A stretch of DNA of 64,000 nt, from NCBI RefSeq assembly GCF_009914755.1, contig NC_060936.1; one strand, written 5' to 3'. Shown piece by piece: positions 17,998-36,964 of the stretch (within the stretch, counting starts at the first letter, position 1; each line of letters begins with the position of its first letter). The translations under genes were made by a program, and so were the position numbers. The notes beneath the pieces were generated by a model. The model ran no database searches, was not told where the DNA came from, and saw only the letters and a program-made list of their open reading frames with translations. The DNA is from the human T2T-CHM13v2.0 reference genome, Homo sapiens.

Positions 17998-18297
17998 GGC
18001 AGGTGCAGTGGCTCACACCTGTAACCTCAGCACTTTGGGAGGCTGAGGCGGGTGGATCACCTGAGATCAGGAGCTCGAGAGCAGCCTGGCCAATATGGTG
18101 AAACCCTGCCTCTACTAAAAATAGAAAAATTAGCTGGGCATGGTAGCAGGCACCTGTAATCCCAGCTACTCAGGAGGGTGAGGCAGGAGAATCACTTGAA
18201 CCCAGAAGGCAGAGGTTGCACTGAGCCAAGACCATGTCACTACACTCCAGCCTGGGCAACAAGAGCAGAACTCTGTGTTAAAAAAAAAAAAAAAAAA
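17998..18297 (+). mobile_element. AluS
   Basis: TSD AAT(C/T)ACTGTTTAG. Confidence 0.92.
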
Positions 18298-20098
18298 TTA
18301 CTGTTTAGTTTCACTAGAATAGTACCAAGAGATGGTAAAAATACCACTCATCCTGAGCCTTTCCCAGAACTTTGGCATTAAAGGGGCTCAGAGCACGTTA
18401 GCATCAAACACTCTTCTTGCATGCAGTCTTCTTTGAAGCAACTTTATCTGAGACAAAATTATCAAAGAAAAGGCTCATTTGCCCTTTGAAGATTCCTCTG
18501 AACAACTTTTGCTTCCCATCTCCCTCACAGCAAAGTAGAATTCCCATAATTTATTAAAACAAACAAAAAAATTTTCAGAAGTTTCCATAGCAGCTTGCTA
18601 TTAAATGTTCATGAATAGGCTTTTTTTAAATCTGAAAGGTATTCTATTTCCCTCCTCCCACTATCTCCCACTCCAATCAATCTTGCATCTGCTAACAATT
18701 AATTGAATTTAGTTTTAAATACTAACCACATTAACTGCTTCTTATTCAGCTTTGGCACAGAAGTAGGATGTTACCAAAATCCCAGCTGGTAATCAGAAAT
18801 TAACTTCTTAAACCACATGCAGCAAGACACTAAAATCATATAAAGGGAGTTTTCAAATATCTGCCTTGAGCACTTCCCATTTGTATTTCTCTCTCCTTTC
18901 ACTCATATCTTGTATTATTTTAGGGCTATACCACAACATGTAGCACTTAATTCTATTCCATATTATTATTCCCTTGATTTGTGTATTGTCATTTGTCTTC
19001 CCAGCTACGGTGTAAACACTTTCAAAGCAGGTTCTGGATGTTATGTTTCTTTTTATTTCCTATCTGCATCATAACACAGCACTCACTTGTTGGTCCAAAG
19101 AACATACTTGTCTGGCTGATTCCTTGAGGTTCACAGTGGCTCACATTGTGAGTGCTCAATAAAACATTAAGCAAAATCATTCACTAACATGGCAGGAAAA
19201 AATTAAAAATTAAGAAAACATTAAGCAACAATCTTTTTGTCCATAGGTTCAACTAAATCATCCTTGAGTTTCACACTTTATTCAAGTATCCTGACTCTCT
19301 AACTCCAGTATCTAAGTGAGTGATCTAACCACACTCAGAGTGACAAGGCAAGGACACAGGTGAAGCATGCTTCTTGCTCTTACACCTTATGTGTGCTACA
19401 TTCCTGAAATTATTTAAATACATTTCACCCTGTCTTGAAATCACCAGACAACAAGAAATCAAGCAGCACATGGACAGCCAGGGAGATGGGAGACACTTAA
19501 CAGTGCAACCAGTAATTCTACAGAGGAGGCCCGGTTTTAGGTGAGGAATAAGCCTTCAGCAAGTCCACTTTATGAGCAAGAAAAGCAGCGGCAAATGCCA
19601 TTACACATATGACTTCGTGATCACAAAAGCGAATGGAAACTGTGTATACATTTCATGCACAATCTTTTTGCCCTCAATGTGGTGAAGCAGCTATTCATAA
19701 ATGGAAAAAGAGTTCATCTTACAGCAAATAATGACAATGATAGTGACAACAGTGATCATAGCAACTACTGAACACTGAATTTGTACCAAGCAATTTGCTA
19801 AGTCACTTTCTTGCAACACCTATTTTATTGGCAGGGTTACTTAGATTAAATATCATGGCCACTTACTTAGGAGTAGTCCTGGTATTAAATCCTAAATGTA
19901 CTGGACTCCAAAGTCTGTGTCACATGTTTTATCCATTAAACTAAGCCAGAGGGTCACTGAGGATGTCCCCCAACTTTCCCTTTTCCTCCCAAAAAAGACT
20001 AGCACTTGTCTAATGCCCTTAAAAAATCTGGTTAGTGGCCTGGTGTCTCGAGAATTTGTCCAAAGTACTATGAGAACATCACCTACCCCCAACCCCTC

Positions 20099-20320
<222 letters not shown>

Positions 20321-20544
20321 AATCCTAACATAACTATATAATTTACTATCTAAACTAGGTCTCTATTACGTAGGACAAATGTTAAACCAACTGAGTCAAG
20401 AGAAAAACAGGCATTAGCCACATTGTCCAAAGCAAAGTAAAATCTACCTACATATTAGGTTTTTCCTCCTTAATCCAGCTATTTCTGATAGCAACACCAT
20501 AAATTAAGTGGCTAATTATATTTGAAGTACTAAATAGCTAATGT

Positions 20545-21715
<1,171 letters not shown>

Positions 21716-21754
21716 ATATTTTTTGAAATTAAAAACTGTATGATTGCTATCTGT

Positions 21755-21855
21755 TTCACAATGGAAATATACTTAACACTAATGAACTGTACACTTAAAA
21801 ATGGTTAAGATGGTAAATTTTATGTTATGTGTTTTTTACCCCAATTTTTTTTTAA
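21755..21855 (+). mobile_element. L1MB 3'-terminal fragment
   Basis: GAACTGTACACTTAAAAATGGTTAAGATGGTAAATTTTATGTTATG. Confidence 0.7.
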
Positions 21856-22055
21856 AGTGTATGATTGCTGAATTTCACTCTAGAAGTCAGATTGCAATGT
21901 GCGCTTTTCCAGGAAATCATCCAAGAAGCCAACTGCTAATATTGCCTCGTACCCCAGAATCCAATGTCTACAACTCTAGAAAGGCCAGAGAACTGGTCCC
22001 AGGCCCAGCCAAGATGAGTTATTCTTGGAGATCCAAGCACATGGGAAATTCCTGG

Positions 22056-22183
22056 TGAAAGGCATGGTGGGATATCCAAGATTATTACTGAAAGGCACTA
22101 TGGGATATCCAAGATTGTTAGTGCAAGCTTGAGTGATATCCAAGATTCTTGGTGCCAGATACTGGGAGATATCCAAACATCTG
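22056..22183. repeat. Degenerate 31-33-bp tandem repeat with a GATATCCAAGATT core (4 units)
   Basis: Cores at 22071, 22104, 22135 and 22168 (the last is GATATCCAAACAT). Confidence 0.8.
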
Positions 22184-22584
22184 TGAAATCCAGTCCTCTG
22201 CTTTCAAGAAGTTGCCTTCTAGCTGGGATAATAAGACACAGAAAATTAACAATACCAAGTTGCACAAAATTAGTGCTAAATGAGTACTGCAGACATAGGA
22301 GTTCCAGATGTCCAGAGTAGCAAAAAGGGCCCCAAGAGACTTTACAGAAACTCCAAAAGTGGACATGTTTGGGCAGCAGTAAATAGAAAAAAGTTTGCTG
22401 GAACTCCGGGGACTCTTACTAAGTGTCAGATAACCATATCTGAGAAAAGTATTTCCTACCACAAAGGGTTATCATAATGACTAAATACATATAAAGTTCC
22501 TGTGGCAAGGACATAATAAATGCCCTCAGGGTTCTAGTTAGTATTTTATAATTTCTCCTGTAATGTACATATTATTATCTCAAT

Positions 22585-23050
22585 TTAAACTTTTTATTTT
22601 GAACTAATTTTAGACTTACATAAAAGTCACAAAAATAGTATAGAGCATGTTCTTATATCCCTCACCCTGCTTCCTTTAATGTTAACATCTTACATAACCA
22701 TGGTATAATGATCAAAGAGTAAATTAACATTGGTGCCAACATTATTAACTCAAAAGCAGACTCTATTAAAATTTCACCAGTTTTTCTGCTAATGTCCTTT
22801 TTCTGGTCCAAGATCCATCCAGAATCCTATATTGCATTTGTTGTTGCCTTGATTTCCTCCTGTGCCTGTTGCTCATTCTTTCCTGTTTTTCCTGACCTTG
22901 ACACTTTTGAAGAGTGCTGGTCAGTTATTTTGTAGAATGTCCTTCCGTTTAGGTTTGTGTGATGTTTTCTCGTGATTAGAATGAGCTTATACAATTTGGG
23001 CAAGCATATTAGAGAAACGATGCTATGTTCTTCTCGGTGCATCATATTAA
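22585..23050 (-). mobile_element. L1MC-like 3' fragment
   Basis: TTTTATTTTGAACTAATTTTAGACTTACA...CTTGACACTTTTGAAGAG...TTTTGTAGAATGTCC. Confidence 0.7.
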
Positions 23051-23193
23051 GTTATTGTGTCCATTTTCAAGATGAAGATTCTGAGGCTCAGAAAAGGATC
23101 CACAGCTAATGAGTAGCAACACTTAGATATGGAAACAAAATTTGACTGTCACCGGCTGCCTCTGTACAGGAAATGGATGAAAAAACATTTGGG

Positions 23194-23498
23194 GGCTGGA
23201 CACAGTGGCTCACGCCTGTAATTCCAGCATTTTGGGAGGCCAAGGCGGGCAGATCACTGGAGGTCAGGAGTTCGAGGCCAGCATGGCCAACGTGGTGAAA
23301 CCTCGTCTCTACTAAAAATAAAAAAATTAGCCAGACGTGGTGGTGCATGCCTGTAATCCCAGCTACTTGGGAGCCTGAGACAAAAGAATCGCTTGAACCC
23401 AGGAGGCAGAGGTTGCAGTAAGCCAAGATCGTGCATCACTGTACTCCAGCCTGGGTGACAGAGAAAGATTCCTTCTAAAAAAATAAAAAATAAAAAAA
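23194..23498 (+). mobile_element. AluS
   Basis: Full dimer. Confidence 0.92.
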
Positions 23499-23672
23499 GT
23501 TTGGAATGAGACTTTGTAAAAGTCAGAGGGACTTTGTAAAAGTGGGAGGTGTTGGAATGCAAAACTGATGAGTTAGAGCTGTATTCAGAGATTGGGTAAT
23601 TATTAAAAGAGCTTGAGCAAGGTATTAAGACATGAAAAGCAGTATTTGGAGGCAATTAACCTGAACACAGGA

Positions 23673-26296
<2,624 letters not shown>

Positions 26297-26616
26297 TACT
26301 GTATAAAAAATGGATTGGAAAAGGGAGGGAGTAGTGGCAAGGAAGTCCTAAGACTCTACTGGGACACTCCAAACACAAGGCAGGGAGGGCCCACCAGCTT
26401 TCATCCAGGTGCTACCAAGGAGCAACTGAATAAAAAACCATTATTCGGCTTTTTAAAAATGTAGATCCCTGAGTCACACACAAGACCTCTGTTGAATCAG
26501 AATCTCTGGGTGTGGGGACCAAGTATTTACATTTTCATCATTCTCTCCAGGTAATTCTTAACTCATTAACTAATTTAAATAATTACATATAGAAGAAAAT
26601 AGAAGATCAACTAAGT

Positions 26617-27002
26617 CAGAGGTCAGCAAACTTTTTCTGTAAAGGGCCAGACAGTAAATATATTAGGTTTTATAGGTCTAAAGAATTTTAGGCTTTGCAG
26701 TCTCTGTCACCAGGACCAGTTATATAATTTGTAAGGCCCAGTGTAAAATAAAAATGCAGAGTCCCCTTTTTAAAAATTATTAATATCTGCAAGATAGTTG
26801 CAGCTGAGCGTTAAACCAAGCAGGAGATCATTCTAAAGGCTGGGGCTTTCTATGACCATACAGGTCTCACGCCTGTGAAGCCAGCCCTGTCTATTACAAC
26901 TGTTCGCCCCTGCCATTGTAGTGTAGAAGAATCCATAGACAAGTAAATGAATGGGCAGGGGACATCATGATTTGGCTCAGGGCTGTTGTCTGCCAACCCC
27001 TG
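26617..27002 (+). mobile_element. MER58A-like hAT element interrupted by MER45A
   Basis: CAGAGGTCAGCAAACTTTTTCTGTAAAGGGCCAGA start and TGCCAACCCCTG end. Confidence 0.75.
26711..26889 (-). mobile_element. MER45A-like hAT-Tip100 element
   Basis: CAGGACCAG...GCCAGCCCTG termini; degenerate 8-bp TSD TCTGTCAC/TCTATTAC. Confidence 0.75.
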
Positions 27003-27064
27003 AAGTAGACCATCTTTTAGCATGTCAGCATGCTCATAATATTCACAAAGTTTATGAAATGCTA

Positions 27065-27404
<340 letters not shown>

Positions 27405-28880
27405 ATTGTTTATTATTTACTGAATAAATACAAATGCATACAAGGGTTAACTTAGCTAGGTAAATCTTCAAACGAATTTTATTTATATTGGTATTTTTAC
27501 TTAATGCAAGAGAATGAAAAAGTTGCATTGCATGGAGAAAGAAACAGGGATGCTTAGATACCAAAAGAACATCACGGTTCAGGACGTCTCTGATGCAAGC
27601 CTTGTTCCGGGTTTATCTCCCATCTATACATCATAACTCAGTTCAAATTCTTCAAAGAAATGTATAATCTGTTCATTCTACAAGATTATCCAAAAAGTAA
27701 AGACAGTTTTTGCATTTGACTCAGAAATCAGATTATGGCAATAAGGAATTTTCTATCAGAGTAATCTAAGAATGATTTAGAATTCAATTGAAATTGGAAA
27801 AAAAATAGCAACTTCCAACCAGCAATATCTAATCAGCTTTTTCCCTGATGTAACATTCCAGCTATAACACTGTATGTTCTACTGTGTCTGACATGGTATT
27901 ACTGTCTCCTACCAAAAGGCCTTAGCTGCTCTCTCCACTAATAAAATTAAACCATTAAAAAAAAAAAACCAAGATAGTATATTTAAATGTAATAACATTT
28001 ATGAAAAGCGACTAGCTCAGACACATAGCAGGTGGTTTACTTTACTCTCTTTAATGATAAAGCCATACAAAACAAGAATTAAAAGAAAGGCATTATCAGT
28101 TTATCAGAGGAAGAAAAAAATGCTTCCTGGCATTTTTTCCAGTCTTAATTATTCTGGTGCCCATGGCCATGACTGTTTTAGAAAAACATATGCTGCACAG
28201 CTGCAAATGCAAACCTGATTACCTCTAAATTAACAACATGTAGGAGGCAACACTTGCAGCTGTGAGAGAGAACCCCAGTGCAACACAATCCCCCTAACAT
28301 TTGTAACTGTTTATTTTATTATAAATATCTTTAAATAATCACAATAAAAATCCACAAAGAGAGATGAAACACAACAAAAGCAATAAAACTCACCATTGCC
28401 ACTTCTTTTTCTTGACCAACCACTTGGGGTCATTATCATGTGAGGCCAAGTTGTTTTTCTTTGTTGATCCTCTGGCACTGAAGACATGGTATCTTTCAGC
28501 AGCTGCAAGAATCACAAAGGAGAGACTGCAGAGTCTCTCCTTCAGCAGCCAGGGAGCTGGCATTTCCAGCCTATACACCTCACGTCAAACACGGGAAGTT
28601 GGAGAAGAGAAATCACAGCTGGGCATTTCTGCTTAAGTTTCCTTTTTTGACAGCCAACTAATGTGCCATGTAATGAGAGGTCAGAAATCAGTCTGGGGGG
28701 TGGGGGGTCATTTCCTTGAGAAATAGCATTTCTTTCAACATGCATCAAAAGGAAGAAAAAGAAAGAAGGTTGTAGGTGACTTAGGGTCTGAAGCATTTTT
28801 GGTTTGGCCTGAACGAAGACTAACACCTGAGTAGGGAAGAACAATTGGTAAATTCATCAATCAGAATTTTGCTGAGCTCA

Positions 28881-29210
<330 letters not shown>

Positions 29211-29262
29211 TCAGTGGTGTCCTCCACACCATGTAAGAATCTTCAAGAGACCCAAAAAACTA

Positions 29263-29573
29263 CAGCCATGAACCGAATAACAGACATTTTGGTCAATGCA
29301 GAAAGATGATAATACCATGTTTTTATTATACCTTGTTTTTTCTTTAGTACACCAGTACATACCATTGTGTTTCAATTGCCTATAATATTCAGTACAGTAA
29401 CATGCTGTACATGTTTGTAGCCTAAGAGCAATAGGCTGTACCATATGGCCTAAGTGTGTAGTAGGCCGTGCCATCTAGGTTTGTGTAAGTACATTCTGTG
29501 ATGTTCATATGATGAAATCTCCTAATGGAGCATTTCTCAGAACATATCTGCATCATTAAGTGATGCATGACTC
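29263..29573 (-). mobile_element. Tigger3a (MER7A)-like non-autonomous element
   Basis: TA-CAGCCATG... and ...GCATGACT ends; internal CAGTACAGTAACATGCTGTAC...CATCTAGGTTTGTGTAAGTACA. Confidence 0.8.
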
Positions 29574-30079
29574 TCTATATAAATGCTCTATGCTTGACCT
29601 AGAAGCTTTAACTCTATCGTTGTTGAGGAGGTAGAACATATTCTTATGAAACCATGGAGGACTGAGTACTAACTGATTTGGTAAAGATCCTAAATGCTGT
29701 GGAATTGGAAGAAAGAGGAGAGTAGCGAGCAAGTTATGACTGTAAGTAAATTCCTTAACCTCTCTGAGTTCAGATTCCTCATCCATAAGATGAGTATTAT
29801 GATGCGCACCTCATAGATTGTTGTGAAGATGACATGGGATTATAGACTGGCACATAGTAGGCCTGCAAATTTTAGCTGAATCTCTATCTGAAGCAAATGT
29901 CTGGAGAACCCAGTAGGGGAAAATATGAGTGTGTGAACATGGCATTTTTATTTGGCAGCAAGGAGACTGGGCCAGTAAGAGCAAAGGATTTGTGTCAGCC
30001 TGTACCATGAGGTCCAAGGGCAGCAGCGATTGCAGAGCCAGGTATAGTGATAGACTGTTGTTCATGAAGGCAGGAGAAC

Positions 30080-30840
<761 letters not shown>

Positions 30841-32316
30841 TGTAAAATAACAATTCTAGCTGATGGAGCTAGGGATCTGCATGACGGAAACAGTGCTTTA
30901 ACAAAATGGCATACCTGGGATTAAAGAAGGAATAATAAAATCACTAGCATTTATTGAGTGCCTATTGAATGCTTTAAATAATAACTTACATAATTCTTAC
31001 TAGATGCCAGGAACTGTTGCATGCACTTTATGAATATTAACTAATGTTAGTTCTCTGAACTCTATTAGGTGGGTACTACCATTGTTCGCATTTCACAGAT
31101 GGATAAACAGAGGTATAAAGTGTTGAAATAACTTGCCCAAGATCACATAGCCATATATAAAACCTCATTTGGGTCTTCCAACAACTAACTCTATGAAGTA
31201 GGTGTTACCATCCCTATTCTGAAGATGAGAAAACCAAGACTAAGAAGTCTTGAGTACATTTAAGGACATACCGCAAGGAAGTTGCAGCCACTGTGCTTGG
31301 GTCCCGGGAACTCCAGAGCCTGTGTCCTCTCACCCTGCCACACTGCCTCAGGGTCCGCAAGTCAGGAGCTCAACCTGGAGGCTTCTTGGGAACTAAACAG
31401 ACAGAGGGAAAATGTTATTTACCCTTTATTGGCAGAGCTAATTATTCAGTGGGTTAATCCACCTCCCCATCTTTCATTAGATTTATTGCTGCTTTCCAGC
31501 AGAATAAATAACAGGCTTGAATTTCACCAATCTGTGAGAACCTCTTACATTTCCTGGGGGGATTCAAGGCTTTTTTTCAGCGTTATCCTATGAGAGTGGC
31601 TCAAACTGAGACAGGGGGCCTCCTAAGGCATTGAATTAATAGAGCGATGGGTTCATTAACAAATCTTTAAGAAGCTACTTTATAATAAGTTGCCTTTTCT
31701 TCTATTTTAAAGAAAATCAGCAGCAACAACACAAAAAGACATTGCAGGCAGGCCCCCAACAGCTGTCCTTTGTTGAGTACTGGGCGCAGCTGGCAGGCTT
31801 GTCTTCTGCTCTGGCCTCGTTTCTACACCTGTGCCTCCTCCCCGGCAGCTGTCACTCTCCACCTGGTCCCCACCCCTTGTCCCATCCAAATCAGGATGGA
31901 TTTAAATAAGAAATTTTCAGCCACACTGTTTGATTATACAGTAACATGAATGCATTTTAATTCATTACTTCCACAGTATTTGTATTTTAAGGCTTTTATC
32001 TACGTCTGATTTGGGAGCAAAATCCATAATTCCCTATTAACTGAGATTTATGTAGTCCCCTGACAGGTAGAGAGCTAATTATCTGGAAAGCCTCTACTAG
32101 ACCCCTCAAATCACATTGATTGATTGATTGATTGATTTGCTGGTAATTTCATTCAGAGCAGAGATTGTATCTTACTCAAGTTTTATCATAGACCTTATCA
32201 AAGTTCCTGGCAAGCAGGAAATACGCAATAAATGTTTATTAAAGGAAATTAATAAATGAAAGAGTGATGATGAACTAGAATGACAAAACAGTGGTTTCCT
32301 GCCCCTCAGATACTCT

Positions 32317-32806
32317 CTCACACACACACGCACACACACACAAGTACATGCACATACAGGCATTACACATACACACACATACATATCACACACAACACAC
32401 ACAAACACACAAGTGCATACATACACACAGATACCATACACATCACACCATCGACATACAAGTGCATGCATATACAGACACCACACATACACACATACAC
32501 ATCACAAACGCACAAGTGCATACATACAGGCACCACAAACACAAACACACATGCACACACATGTGAACACACATACAAGTACATGCATACACACAGACAC
32601 TACATTTACATAGACATCAGACCGACATCACACACATGCCATAAATGCATGCTACACACAGACACCATACACATCACATACACATATACAGAACACACAC
32701 ATCACCAAGACACACATATGCACACACACACGTGCATGCATACACAGACATCACACACATACATATCACCCACACACATACACACATGCACACACCCCAC
32801 ACACAC
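32317..32806. repeat. ~490-bp degenerate CA-rich simple repeat
   Basis: CACACA/CATACA with recurring ACAAGT(A/G)CAT(G)CATA and CAGACACCA units. Confidence 0.9.
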
Positions 32807-32943
32807 GGTTTTCTAAGGACTGGCTCAGGAATAGCTGCAAGGGACCCCTGCTTGGAATAGGAGATAACAAATGATGCTAGCCCTTGTCACCAAATTCCTT
32901 CAGAACAGGAATTCTCCGCTCTCCTCCCCTTCACTGGCAGGAG

Positions 32944-33033
32944 TACGGCAGGGCTCCTTCCTACATCTCCCGGAACCACAGGTCAGTCTACGGCAGGGCT
33001 CCTTCCTACATCTCCCGGAACCACAGGTCAGTC
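32944..33033. repeat. Perfect 45-bp tandem duplication
   Basis: TACGGCAGGGCTCCTTCCTACATCTCCCGGAACCACAGGTCAGTC occurs twice in tandem. Confidence 0.97.
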
Positions 33034-33727
33034 CAACCCTCCTGTTGCTCAAGACACTCAGGCATATATTTTGTGCTTCTACAGCACGTAAATTCCCTAC
33101 AGTCAGTACTGAGTGTTTTGCTAGCCCTTACTCTGTCATTCTCAATTAAACACTGTTACCTCTTCTCTTATCTTCACCTCTGGTAATGCAGTCTCTAACA
33201 AGATGTTGTGAAAAATCACTGTGTAATTAACAGAGGCATTATGGTATCCTTGACCTTAAATCTAGTGATGTACCAGGTAAATAAAAGTAGAATAGCAACA
33301 GCTGATGTATTTTAAGCCTTTACTATGCCATTGCTCTATACTCACTTCCTTGTTTAATCCTCCCAAAAAATCATTAAGGTATGTGTTATTATTCTTGTTC
33401 TTTTTTATAGATGAGAAACTGAGTCTTGGAGGCATTAAATCGCCCGCACTCACACAATGGGCAAGCTGGAACTAAAATTCATAAAACCTGACAACAAAGT
33501 AAATGTTCTTACTATCAGTACACCAACTATTCTGAATGCACCAGTTATTATCTGGTATAGCGGACAGAATATTGGCTTGGAGTCCAAAGACCATGGTTTA
33601 AATCCTGATTTTGCCACAGGCTATTTTGGGCAAGTTCCTTAACCTCTTTATTTCCTCATCTGTAAAGTTCAGATAACAATAATTAATTTATAGGTTCATT
33701 GTAGGCATTACAAGAGGTAACACATGA

Positions 33728-34323
<596 letters not shown>

Positions 34324-36859
34324 TCACCTCAACCTGTTGACCAAGTTGAACCATTTTAAAACAAAAACAATATTTCTATCCCATAGGAAACACAGGGCAG
34401 ATAGTCTTCACCAGACACTGCAGGAAAGCAGGGATAGAGAGGTGGTATTTGTCCTGCACAGACCTACCCCTCCCTACTGGTTGGTGACACCTCATGCAGA
34501 GAATTTTATGCAGCCAGTCACTCTTCCTCTTCTCTTTTAGATTTGAGGCACTCTTCATGAGAATCATCAAAGCTACTAATTCCTCCAGTTATTGGCACAT
34601 GATGTATTGAAAGCTAATGATTCTTGACTTCTTACAGATACGGTCGAGAACAGCGAATGCTTCCTTTCTCCTTATTAAGAGCACAGAAATTTTGGATAAA
34701 TGTAAAGCAGCATAAGAAAGTTGCATCTATATAGAAGCAGAGTCAAGAATGATTGTATCATATGGTAAAATAATTAAAACAGTTGATACCTATACAGGGG
34801 TTTCAATTACCTGAGTGTTTACTTAAAAGCAGGTTTTACATCTAGCTGATAGAGCTAACTGTCCCAATTCTTAATATTCATTTAGAATTTAGACACAGTC
34901 AGGATTAACACCTGCTGAAATATGATATTGTATCTTGGCTCAAGAATAGATTGCTTGTGAAATATAATGACTGAATTTCAGGTAAGCAAACGCAAACAGA
35001 AATGTCGGTCTATTCAAACTTCCTTTCCCTGGCTTGAGATTTGTTAATTTAATTGATATAAAGCAATACTCTATTGTGCTAAAAATCATGGATTTTTTTT
35101 AAAACAAAATAGTTTTATAATAGAAGTAGAGACCATAAAATGTGTTTATGCGCAGTATTTTACCCAATACCCAACATACGGTAAGCAGTCACTAGCCAGA
35201 AGCCACTTACAATACTTGCAGAAGTACTAGAAATGATAATAGTTGTATCTATCACTTATGTGCCAGGCACTAAATATATTTATTTATATACATTTATACT
35301 TTCAAAACAAGGCCTATCCACAGATCAAGATTATCATTACCATTTTACAAACGAGAAAACAGGTTTAATAAAATATTAAGTCCACTAAGCAGTAGAGCTG
35401 AGATGTGGAGTCTAGAACTAATTCCACAGCTTGCCTAGGCCTTGCTCTGCAACACCAGGCTGTGCTGGGCAGGATTAACTGGTCAATGAGCAAGGTTGTC
35501 TCAGGACCTTACCCACTGGAAAACCAACCTGTTTGGACATCAAAGGAGACCCAATACCCTGGCCATCTTGGCCTCTGCATCCCCTTTCCTCACATCCCTG
35601 CCACCTCCTTCTTTTCCACCCTGGGAAAATCTGGCTGAGAGATGGAGAGCACTGGGGCTGAGGAGAGGGCTTGGGAGGCTGGAGGTGGGTTCAGACATGG
35701 CTCTGGGTAATAGCACATGTGTGTTTCTTGATTAATGTCAGAATGCTCTGGCAGAAGGGGTGCTGTGAGTTGCCAAAAGCCAGGAGGGCATTTTTCTCTT
35801 TGCTGAGTGGCTGATGCTCAGAGACCCATCGCTGTTCTTTGAAGCTGGTCTGCTTTGTTTACAATTATGCCCTAGTCATTAGCCAACGGGGACTTTGGGA
35901 GTAGCTTGTTCTGGGAATACTTCCTGTCAGGTTTTTCCCAGCCTGTCTTTGGAATGCCTCTCCAATCCACTTCATGACTCCAGGGGTGGTCCAATGTGCC
36001 CAAAGGGACTCTGCCTTTGTGCTCAAAAGGATTCCCAGCACTCAACTTCAAAAATAGCTTGGGGCTTACTAAAACCTAATTGAAAGAGTCTCTGTTTTTG
36101 CTTAAAAACACAAGTCTGGCCTGGTCTTTACAAGTGACTCATAAAGAATTATTTTGCTACTTGCTTTTTAAATTATATGTCACTGTCGGGTACTAATCTG
36201 TACGCTTATTTTGGAAACCCTGAGAAATGGCTACTAGGGTTTCTCTATCTGTCTGAGGAATCTTCAAGCCTCCAAGTAGAAGCAGCAACCGGACTTTGGT
36301 CTTGACAGTCAGACACCCAGGAGACTGGACTTAGCACTCCTGAGCTAAGAGGAGACTCAAGGCTGTCCTGCTATCCTGGAAGAGCAGAGGAGGAGGAAAG
36401 AAAGAAGACACATTGGTTATCAGGAACCACCCTGAGGGAAAGGCAGCCAAGGACAGGGCCCGTAGAGGGATCCAAACTGATGGACACTTGTGAATAAATA
36501 TCACACACGATGGAGTCTCAAATGGCACGCTGGTCCAGGCCCAGGGAAGCCTTTCTAAGTTCCTCAGGGGATGACACTGTAAACTGGAAAAGCCAGACTC
36601 ACTTACGATGGAGGCCACAGCAGCAGCCATGGTTGATAGTAGCTTTGTCCATTAAGGGTTAACACCAGGTATTCAATGAGCTGCCTAGACCCTGTGGGGA
36701 AGGAGATGAGGAGACGACAATGAGAGGGTGGGGAGATCAAACCAAATACTATTGTCACTGTTGCCCAAGTCACAGTGATTTCCATGGTCAGGGGCTGGGA
36801 TCTGGGACATTCCGATTTCTTACTATGCTATCAGTGAGGACTAGGTTAGCTCCTTTCCC

Positions 36860-36964
36860 CTTCCTGCCGCCTGTGCTTACCCCTACTGAGCTCCCCATGA
36901 GGCCTCCATCTTTTCTTCTTCCTGCCTCCTGTGCTTACCCCTACTGAGCTCCCCACGAGGCCTC
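36860..36964. repeat. 58-bp-period tandem duplication (47-bp core, 2 mismatches)
   Basis: CTTCCTGCC(G/T)CCTGTGCTTACCCCTACTGAGCTCCCCA(T/C)GAGGCCT at 36860 and 36918. Confidence 0.92.

Noticed and set aside
22056-22183. CRISPR-like repeat/spacer array
   Set aside because: Primate DNA, a core of only 13 bp, spacers related to each other and no cas genes; it is a degenerate minisatellite.
32280-32816. His/Thr-rich 178-aa ORF and similar ORFs at 9814-10219 and 44032-44358
   Set aside because: Translations of CA/TG simple repeats.
34541-34981. Possible plus-strand exon (acceptors at 34540 and 34637, donor CAG|GTAAGC at 34982)
   Set aside because: Long, AT-rich and stop-ridden, with no partner exon identified; indistinguishable from a chance pseudo-exon.
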